From NCBI RefSeq assembly GCF_004010195.1, contig NC_057718.1, forward strand, positions 29,635,899-29,695,667: a stretch of DNA of 59,769 bases, read 5' to 3'. This stretch comes from Chiloscyllium plagiosum (Eukaryota). The notes beneath the pieces were generated by a model, which saw only the letters and a program-made list of their open reading frames with translations, searched no databases and was not told the DNA's origin. Positions 50,268 through 59,769 of the stretch are shown here, in pieces (the first letter of the stretch is position 1; every line of letters starts with the position of its first letter). Both the position numbers and the translations under genes were made by a program.

Positions 50268-50458
50268 GGAATCATAGAATCTCTACAGTGCAGAAAAAAA
50301 CCCATTCAGCCTCTCAGGTCTGCACCAACTCTCCAAAGACCATCCCAACCACACCCAGCTCTCCACCCTATTCCTGTAACCCACATTTACCATGGCTAAT
50401 CCACCTATCCCACATATCTCTGGACACTGTGGGGCAAATTAGCCTGGCCAATCCAGCA
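50268..50458 (-). mobile_element. Partial HE1-like SINE 3' part
   Basis: GAATCATAGAATC tail and CCATGGCTAATCCACCTA...TGGACACT body. Confidence 0.7.
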
Positions 50459-50566
50459 CTGCAGAAGTCTGCCTGCTGATGCACACAATAGTCAATGCCA
50501 TTACGACCTATATTGTCCAGCACACACTTTAAGCTTCTCTGCATTCCGTCTGCTTACTGTAGTGAA

Positions 50567-50783
50567 TGTAATAAGGTCAGCCAGGTGGACCTTATAGAAT
50601 ATGAGTTCCCTGATTGGAGCTGTTAAACTGGTGCAGTCAGGGAGCCTTGGCTGATAGGAGTGTCAGAGGTTCAATTCACTCTGAGAGCTGACTCTAAGGG
50701 AGCTGGATCAGTGTTAATAACTCTCCATGTGTAAATACAGGATGACTTGGTGATGGGATGCCTGCCTCTGTGGAACAATTTCA
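50567..50783 (+). mobile_element. Short solo LTR
   Basis: TGTAATAAGG...ACAATTTCA (TG...CA ends), interrupting the Gypsy remnant. Confidence 0.7.
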
Positions 50784-51009
50784 GTTTCAATCATTTTTAC
50801 GTCCTGGACCGATTCCATGTGAGTATTCTTGACCTATTTTACTCAAATTAGTATTGTGGTGATTTCATAAATGCTGATATTCATGAGTTCTGGTCACACT
50901 AGCAATCTTTTTATTGCTAGTCCAATAGTGTCTGCCAAGTAAATACTTGTGTTTTTTTATGGACAAGTGCCACGGCTACATTTCATCATCAATGTACAAA
51001 TGGAAGGAA

Positions 51010-51368
51010 TGGGTAAGTCCTCTTGTGATGCACTGGTAATATCACCATCTCAAATTCACGTCCTGCCTGTTCCAGTGGTGTGTAATAACATCCCTGAACA
51101 GATTTATTAGAAAATATCTCTGAGGAATTGGTGAAGAGTTCTTGTGGTAGGTTTTCCTACCTCTGGATTATGAGGCATAGGTTCAAAGAACACCTGCTCA
51201 CAGGTTGTACAATGACATCACTGAGTAGTTTGATCAGAAAATATCTGTAAGGACTGGGTGAATTCTTGTGGGGCAGTGATAGTGCCTTACCTCTGAGCTG
51301 AAAGGCCTGGGTTTAAGTCACACCTGTCCCAAAGAATGTCATGGCTGAACTGGTCGATGAAAAATCCC
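51010..51368 (+). repeat. Three tandem ~125-bp tRNA-like SINE-head units
   Basis: Unit GGTGA.(G)TTCTTGTGG...TACCTCTG...GGGTT(C/T)AAG.C.CACCTG...TGA..AGAAAATATCT, the same family as 18890-19630. Confidence 0.8.
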
Positions 51369-54044
51369 ACCCATCATCTGTTATCAGATTTTTGTTTCTG
51401 CGTCAGTTGTATCTTTGACTTCTAATGACCCAGAAATAGATTTTTTCAAATTCTAACTGGTAGGATACTTGCACAAGTTCCCATGTCAACTTCGGACTTA
51501 AGCATGCACAAACCAATTTTCTTCGGGCACACCAAGTTAATACTGGCTAAAGGTGCTAACTGTTTGACTTTATCTAGACTTTGTATCATATTCACAACAT
51601 GGTAAGCCTGTGCACCATCTCCTCTGAATTCTTGCCCTGGTCAATCGAGCTGCTAACCTCATGTATGTGCTTGTGTGTATGCAGATCTCTAACGCATTCC
51701 CGTTTCTGCTGCCACAATGTTGCACAAGCTTTTGTTTGGTATATTGTATCTCTGGAATCAAATGTTTGTATGTGTGAACCCATAGTCCTTTTGTATTGCA
51801 TAACTTGCAAAGCTGTTGTAACATAAGATAGCTCTGCAGTGGGTGCAAAAGATCACAATTCTCAAACAACTTGCATGTTTCCAGGATCCTTTCTCCTGTG
51901 CCAGTTCTGCAATAACTAAACTTGGGAAATATAGCTTCATGCTTTGTTTAAAAAGCCTAAATCCAGATAGGGTGTCTGAGGCCTTCTGATTCATAATAGG
52001 GAACTTAGTCACCATCTTGGAAATATTCCCTTGTCTTCTGAAGATATTATCAATATCAATACTGTGTTTCTTTTGCTTTCTCTTTAATTCTTCCTTGCTG
52101 GTTTTGGTTGAAATCCAAGCCTTGTTTTAGTTTATGGCCTTTTTTTGCTTCGGGTTTGAGATTGTCCCACATGCTCTGCAGCTATTGTATCCCAATTCAG
52201 AATCAACTCATTGCTTGCAAAAATTCCCAGTCTGGGCAGTTCACAAATCAAGTACTCACAGTTCAGCCAGAGACAGCGATGTTTATTTCCAGCATACTGG
52301 TGTAAATGTAACTTCTGCATCATCTGAGGCTTTTTCCTGTGGTTTTTAACTTCATGGTGCTGCTCTCATCTGTTGGGAGAAATTACCACTGATCACAACA
52401 GAGTATTCTTGAGCCATCTTCCTTCACACTGAATTATTGCTCTTATACTGGATTGGTAAGTCGTGTAAGTTTGACTTACTCGAAAATTCAAACAGGTTTA
52501 CTAAACATGCTAATAACTTATCATTATATTGCAATGTATGTGTATTTCCGTAAGTGTAACATGCTGGTGCTTGGACTCCTTGTGGCTGCTGTGGTGGCAT
52601 CTTGGTTCTTGATTCATTAGCATTAACAGTCGCATTCTCAGTTCTTCGTGCAGCTACACAACAGCTGACAGACCTGATCTCTGTTTCCCCAGCACTTTCA
52701 GTTTTTATTCAAATTTGCCAACTTCTCTGGTGAAACCAGCTAGCCAAGATAAGATTGACATTTCAATCACAAATTTAGTTAGTGAGAAAACAGAATAGTG
52801 GCCACTGACTTTAAACAACCTTTATTGTAAATGCAAAAAAGTCATATTTCAAGCAGGATAGTGAGAGGAGTTAGAAGGGTATAGTACAGCTGGCAGGAGT
52901 CAGATGACATCATAAAAAGTGAGAATGAAGCTAAAGCAATTTATAAACATCATCTGTCTGTAACTGTGCAAGCAATCATGCTATCATCAGCTAGACACTG
53001 ATTTGTGCCTAGCATTTCAAATTTGTCCCTTTTATTCTAATTTCTAAGTTTGTACTCACTCTACATTAATGACAACAAGAACACTGCCTCATAATGAGTA
53101 TGTTGTGCCAGAATACAAACAAGTACATGTTATAGGCATTGTCACAGAGCAGTAATATGATACACGATCGCATGACTGCTGCGGGGCTCTTACAAGTTTT
53201 TTTTAAAACACATTATTGCAGAGTTACACAACTTCTCTGGTATGCTTCTCTTGCTCACTGCTGCTCCAGGATAAGTGTAAACATTTGTCAGTTTGACTTA
53301 TTTGGTGTGTTCTTAATCCAGGATTTAAAAAACTTTGTGTCTGCATATTTTCAGGTCAAGTAAATAGCTAAAGTTTCTAAATATAATCTTTATTGTGAGC
53401 ATGTTGAAATGATCATTATATGTGTCGAGTTGGATTTTTTTTTACTGTCCATTTGCCTTTGGGATCCACAGTTGAATTCAAACCATACTAGTGGGATTAA
53501 AGTGGAATGGAACTGGGCAGTCTCAGTCCACTTCTTAGTGAGTATGTAGGTTACCAAAAAATCAATTTTGCCAGCAACTGGGACTAAGCTGGTGGCATTT
53601 CAGAATTGTCATCAAGGTTAACTGGTATGGATAACTGAAATAACAAATTTGAACACCACTCATTTATTGACTGAATTAAAGCACATTAATCAGAAGTAAT
53701 TGAAAGAATTTATCTCTACTTCTATAATTGCAAATGTGTTTGGCTTTATTCTGGACTATTGTGACTTCACCTTTATTGTGGGAGTGCCATATACATTTTT
53801 TGGCCCTGTTGTATGTTCTCAAGTTAAACTGGGTAATAAATATCCAGTTTTCTGTTCAATTTAGTCATTTTAAATCTAGTAAAACCACGGATTCAAGAAG
53901 CCTTAAGAAAGCGAAAGTCAGTGCTCATCCGTGGGAAAAGCCTAAATTGACTGAAGTCATACCTGATACAAAAGGAAAATGATGATTGCTGTCAGAGGCT
54001 AATCCCCACCATTCCAAAGCATTACTTGAAATTGCTCAGGGCAG

Positions 54045-54400
54045 TGTCATAGAATCATAGAATTTTACGGTGCAGAAGGAGGGCACTCAGCCCATTGTGA
54101 CTGTACCAGCTCCTGAAAGTGATACGCAGCTAGTCCCATTTTCTACCCTATCACCACAACCCTCTATGTTCATCACTTTTGAATACATATCCAGCCCTCT
54201 TTGAAACCTCCTACGGAATCCAAGTCCAGGGCTCTCCCAGGCACAGCATTCCAAATTGTAACAACTCGAGGAAGAACTCTCCTCATCTCATTCCTAAATC
54301 TCGTGGAAACAATCCTGAAATTGTGACCCTTAGTCACTGACATACCAACGAAATGAAACAGAATATACTTCTATATTTTGTCAAAATAGCTCATAATTTT
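54045..54400 (-). mobile_element. Old CR1 3' tail
   Basis: CATAGAATCATAGAA tail and an RGHNF remnant. Confidence 0.7.
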
Positions 54401-54402
54401 GA

Positions 54403-57400
54403 ATAGAGTCATAGAGATGTCCAGCACAGAAACAGATCCTTTGGTTCAACTCGTCCATGCCGACCAGATATCCCAACCTAATCTAGTTGTTGTGGTTATG
54501 TTCGCCGAGCTGGGAATTTGTGTTGCAGACGTTTCATCCCCTGTCTAGGTGACATCCTCAGTTTCCCTGGCTGTTCTCTGTTTGGCTTGTCCTATAATAG
54601 TGGTGTTGTCCCAGTCGAATTCATGTTACTTGTCATCTGCATGTGTGGCTACTAAGGATAGTTGGTCATGTCGTTTCGTGGCTGGTTGGTGTTCATGGAT
54701 GCGGACCGTTAGCTGTCTTTCTGTTTGTCCCATGCAGTGTTTTGTGCAGTCATTGCACGGGATTTTGTACACTACATTGGTTTTGCTCATGGTGGGTATC
54801 GGGTCCTTCGTTCTGGTGAGTTGTTGTCTGAGAGTGGCTGTTGGTTTGTGTGCTGTTATGAGTCCTAGTGGTTGTAGTAGTCTGGCTCTCAGTTCGGAAA
54901 TGCTCTTGATATATGGTAGTGTGGCTAGTCCTTTGGGTTGCGGCATGTCCTCATTCTGTTGTCTTTCCCTTAGGCATCTGTTGATGAAATTGCGCGGGTA
55001 TCCGTTTTTGGCGAATACATTGTATAGACAGGGGACGAAACATCTGCAACACAAATTCCCAGCTTGGTGAACAGAACCAGAACAATGAGCACCTGAGCTA
55101 CAAATCCTCTCACAAACTTTGAACCTAATCTAGTCCCACCTGCTAGCACCCAGCCCATATTCCTCTAAACCCTTCCTACTCATATACCCATCCAGATGCC
55201 TTTTAAATGTTGCAATTGTACCAGCCTCCAACACTTCCGCTGGCAGCCCATACCATATATGTACAACCCTCTGTGTGAAAAAATTGCACCTTAGGTCTCT
55301 TTTATATCTTTCCCCTCTCACTCTAAACCTATGCCCTCTGGTTCTGGACTCCCCCATCTCAAGGAAAAGACCTTGTCTATTTATCCTATCCATGCCCCTC
55401 ATGATTTTATAAGCCTCTATAAGGTCAACCCTCAGCCTCTGATGCTCCAGGGAAAACAACCCCAGCCTATTCAGCCTCGACCTATAGCTCAAATCCTCCA
55501 ACTCTGGCAACATCCTTGTAAATCTTTTCTGAACCCTTGCAAGTTTCAAAACATCCTTCCGATAGCAAGGAGACTAGAACAGCACGCAATATTCCAAAAG
55601 TGGACTAATAAATGTCCTGTAAAGCCATAACATGACCTCCCAACTCCTATACTCAATACTCTGACCAACAAAGGAAAGCATACCAACTGCCTTCTTCACT
55701 ATCCTATCTACCTGCAACTCTACTTTCAAGGAGCTGTGAACCTACACTCCAAGGTCTCTTTGTTCACCTACACTCCCTAGGACTTTACCATTAATTATAT
55801 ATCCTGCTATGATTTGCTTTCCCAAAACACAGCACCTCACATTTATCTAAATTAAACTCCATCTGCCACTCTCAGCCCATTGGCCCATCTGATCAAGATC
55901 CCATTGAATTCTGAGGTAACCTTCTTTGCTGTCCATTACACCGCCAATTTTGGTGTCATCTGCAAACTTACTAACTATACCTCTTATGCTCACATCCAAA
56001 TCATTTATGTAAATGACAAAAAGTAGTGGATCCAGCACCGATCCTTGTGGCACTCTACTGGTCACAGGCCTCCAGTCTGAAAAACAACCCTCCACCACCA
56101 CCCTCTGTCTTCTACTTTTGAGCCAGTCTGTATCCAAATTCTTCCTGTATTCCATGAGGTCTAAACTTGCTTAGCAGTTGTCGAATGCCTTACTGAAGTC
56201 CAGAAAGATCACGTCTACCACTCTGCCCTCTTCAATCCTCTTTGTTACTTTTTCAAAAAACTCAATCAAGTTTGTGAGACATGATTTCCCACGCACAAAG
56301 TCGTGTTGACTATCCTAATCAGTCCTTGCCTTTCCAAATACATGGAAATCCTGTCCGTCAGGATTCCCTCCAGCAACTTGGCCACCACCGACGTCAGGCT
56401 CACTGGCCTATAGTTCCCTGCCTTGTCCTTACCATCTTTTCTTAAATAGTGGTACTATGTTAACCAACCTTCAGTATTCCGGCACATCACCTGTGACTAT
56501 CAAAGATAGATATATCTCAGCAACATGCCCAGCAATCACTTCTCGAGCTTCCCACAGAGTCCTCGGGTATACCTGATCAGGTCCTGGGCATTTATCCACT
56601 TTTATGTATTCCAAGACATCCAGCACTTCCTCCACTGTAATATGGACATTTTCAAGATGTCACCATCTATTTCCCTAATTTCTATGTCCTTTTCCACAGT
56701 AAACACTGATGCAAAATACTCATTTAGTATCTACCCCATCTCCTGCAGCTCCACACAAAGGCTGCCTTGCTGATCTTTGAGGGGCCCTATTCTTTCCCTA
56801 GTTACTTTTTTGTCCTTACTGTAATTGTAAAAACCCTTTGGATCCTCCTTAACTCTATTTGCCAAAGCTATCTCATATCTCCTTTTTGCCCTCCTGATTT
56901 CCCTCTTAAGTATACTCCTACTGCCTTTATTCTCTTCTAAGGATTCACTTGATCTATCCTGTCTATACCTTACATATGCTTCCTTCTTTTTCTTAACCAA
57001 ACCCTCAATTTCTTTAGTCATCCAGCATTCCCTATATCTACCAGCTTTTCCTTTCACCCTAACAGGAATATACTTTCTCTGAACTCTCGTTATCTCATTT
57101 CTTAAGGCTTCCCATTTTCCAGCCGGCGCTTTACCTGTGAACATCTGCCCCCAATCAGCTTTTGAAAGTTCTTGCCTAATACCGTCAAAATTAGCCTTTC
57201 TCCAATTTAGAACTTGAACTTTTAGATCTGGTCTATCCTTTTCCATCATTATTTTAAAACTAATAGAATTATGGTCGCTGTCCCCAAAGTACTCCCCTAT
57301 TGACACCTCAGTCACCTGCCCTGCCTTATTTCCCAAGACTAGGTCAAGTTTTGCATCTCCTCTAGTCGGTACATCCACATACTGAATCAGAAAATTTTCT

Positions 57401-57508
57401 TGTACATGCTTCACAATTCCTTTCCATCCAAACCCTTAACACTATGGCAGTCCCGGTTTATGTTTGGAACGTTAAAAGCCTCTACCATAACTAACCTATT
57501 ACTCTTAA
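54403..57508 (-). mobile_element. 5'-truncated CR1 ORF2 (~3 kb)
   Basis: APE C-terminus DSDHNS, RT PQGSVLDP and KFADD, and the 3' tail. Confidence 0.95.
54488..55121 (-). mobile_element. Penelope-like insertion with inverted pLTRs and a 13-bp TSD
   Basis: AACCTAATCTAGT at 54475-54487 and 55122-55134. GIY-YIG NVVYKIPCNDCTKHCMGQT...RIHEH. Confidence 0.92.
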
Positions 57509-57554
57509 ACAATCGTGACAAATTTGTTCCTAAATTTCCCTTTAACTATTAGGG

Positions 57555-58704
57555 AGTCGATAAGACAATCCCAATAAGGCCTCAATAAGATCACCTCTTA
57601 ACCTTCTCTGTTCCAAGCAGAAAAAGCCTAAATTTTCCAATCTTTCCTTGTGATTAAAATTCCTCATTTGTGGTATCATTCTAATAAATCTCCTATGCAG
57701 TCTCTTCAGATCTTTAATTACGTAAGATGCCCAGAGCAATAGTCTGACCAATGATTTGTAGAGGTGTAGCATCATTTTCTTTGCATTTATACTCTCTGTC
57801 TCTGGTTATGGTGGGCGGCACGGTGGCACAGTGGTTAGCACTGCTGCCTCACAGAGCCTGAGACCTGGGTTCAATTCCCGTCTCAGACGACTGACTGTGT
57901 GCAGTTTGCACGTTCTCCCTGTGTCTGCGTGGGTTTCCTCCGGGTGCTTCGGCGGGTGCTTCGGTTTCCTCCCACAGTCCAAAGATGTGCAGGCCAGGTG
58001 AATTGGCCATGCTAAATGTAGGGGCATGGGTGGGTTGTGCTTCGGCGGGTCGGTGTGGACTTGTTGGGCCGAAGGACCTGTTTCCAAACTGTAATGTAAT
58101 CTAATCTTATAAACCCAAGGATCAATTTGCTTGGCCTCCTTCAGAGAATCATGCACTTGAACCCTGAGGTCCCTCTGGTCCCCTCAAAGATGTACCGTTG
58201 AGCATGTATTCTCCCTCCATTTTCTTCAACTAAAATGCAATATCTCTCATTTTCCTGCATAGAAATTCACGTGACAGATGTCTGCCTCTTTGCCAACTTG
58301 TCAATGTCTCTCTGAAATCGCTCAGCATTATCTTCATAGTTCACTGTTCTCACTAACTTTGTATCATCAGCCAATTTAAAGATATTGCCCTCAACATCAT
58401 CTCCAAATCGATTATATAATATCAAAAAAGCAAGGATCCCAACACCTGGGGAGCCCACATTCTACTTGTTTCCAGTTTAAGAAATGCCCGTTTGTACCTA
58501 CCTTCTGTTTCCCATCTTTTAACCAACTTCCAATCCATGCTGCCAAGGAATCATCAACCACAAACGTTTCTAATTTGTTCACCAACCGACTATGTGACGC
58601 TGTATCAGATGTTTTCTGAAAGTCCAAATATACAACATCCACAGCACCAACTCATGCACTGTATGTGTCATCTCATCAAAAAATTAAATTTGTAAGACAT
58701 GACA
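57555..58704 (-). mobile_element. Old CR1 RT fragment interrupted by a SINE
   Basis: YLDFQK, KLADDTKL and RRLRGDLIE peptides. Confidence 0.85.
57813..58107 (+). mobile_element. HE1-type SINE with a small internal duplication and deletion
   Basis: A/B boxes, CGGGTGCTTCGG occurring twice, and a TAATC tail. Confidence 0.93.
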
Positions 58705-59590
58705 CCCAAAAGAAGGAAGCATATGTAAGGTATAGACAGGATAGGTCAAGTGAATCCTTAGAAAAGTATAAAGGCAGTAGGAGTATACTGAAGAGGGAAA
58801 TCAGGAGGGCAAAAAGGGGACATGAAATAGCTTTGGCAAATAGAATTAAGGAGAATCCAAAGGGGTTTTACAAATACATTAAGGACAAAAGGGTAACTAG
58901 GGAGAGAATAGGGCCCCTCAAAGATCAGCAAGGCGACCTTTGTGTGGAGTTGCAGAAAATGGGGGAGATACTAAACGAGTATTTTGCATCAGTATTTACT
59001 GTGGAAAAGGAATATGGAAGAGATTGACTGTAGGGAAATAGATGGTGACATCTTGCAAAATGTCCAGATTACAGAGGAGGAAGTGCTGGATGTCTTGAAG
59101 TGGGTAAAGGTGGATAAATCCCCAGGATCTGATCAGGTGTACCCTAGAACTCTGTGAGAAGCTACATAAGTGATTGCTGGGCCTCTTGCTGAGATGTTTG
59201 CATCATCGATAGTCACAGGTGAAGTGCCGGAAGTCTGGCGGTTGGCTAAAGTGGTGTCACTGTTTAAGAAGGGTGGTAAGGACAAGCAGGGAACTATAGA
59301 CCAGTGAGCCTGACGTCAGTGGTGGCCAGGTTGTTGGAGGGAATCCTGAGGGACAGGATGTACATGTATTTGGAAAGGCAAGGACTGATTAGGGATAGTC
59401 AACATGGTTTTGTGTGTGGGAAATCATGTCTCACAAACTTGAATGAGTTTTTTGAAAAAGTAACAAAGAGGATTGAAGAGGGCAGAGCGGTAGATGTGAT
59501 CTATATGGACTTCAGTAAGGCGTTTGACAAGGTTTCCGATGGGAGACTGATTAGCAAGGTTAGATCTCACAGTATACAGGGAGAACTAGT
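58705..59590 (+). mobile_element. CR1 ORF2 internal fragment
   Basis: KENPKGFYKYI, QHGFV and YMDFSKAFDKV peptides. Confidence 0.93.
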
Positions 59591-59769
59591 CCATAAGACC
59601 ATAAGACATAGGTGCAGAAGTAAGGCCATTCGGCCCATCGAGTCCACTCCGCCATTCAATCATGGCTGATGGGCATTTCAACTCCACTTACCCGCATTCT
59701 CCCCGTAGCCCTTAATTCCTTGTGACATCAAGAATTGATCAATTTCTGCCTTGAAGACATTTAGCATCC
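59591..59769 (-). mobile_element. Young CR1-type 3' tail running off the window
   Basis: CATAAGACCATAAGACATAGG tail with CpGs retained. Confidence 0.8.

Larger units (their letters stand above)
50460..52015 (-). mobile_element. Degenerate Ty3/Gypsy gag-protease-RT start
   Basis: Gag-like FPIMNQKASDTLSGFRLFKQSMKLYF and aspartic-protease-like EVDMGTCASILPVRI (~51450-51500). Confidence 0.75.

Noticed and set aside
51570..52015. Cys/His-rich overlapping ORFs as a novel zinc-finger gene
   Set aside because: Explained by frameshifted Gypsy gag, followed by a protease-like motif.

Overview
Vertebrate nuclear DNA, almost certainly from a shark or other elasmobranch, judged by the HE1-type tRNA SINEs with (TAATC)n tails, CR1-clade LINEs and Penelope-like elements. 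Most long ORFs in the supplied track are transposon debris. The repeats include one near full-length CR1 LINE nested in a Gmr1-type Gypsy element, many truncated CR1/L2-group 3' ends, solo LTRs, SINEs, and Penelope-like fragments carrying hammerhead-ribozyme cores. I found no intact host gene. The main non-repeat signal is on the minus strand. After removing TE insertions, ~47.8-38.9 kb reads as a decayed multi-exon innate-immunity gene: PYD-like, CARD-like, linker micro-exons, a second CARD-like exon, B-box/coiled-coil exons with TRIM-type sizes (~101/~235/23 bp) and a PRY/SPRY-like end. This is a pyrin-like TRIM with added CARDs, or an ASC-like gene followed by a CARD-TRIM. A second, apparently paralogous decayed gene lies at ~10.4-7.0 kb. 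Domain calls come from manual translation and motifs recalled from memory, and need profile searches.
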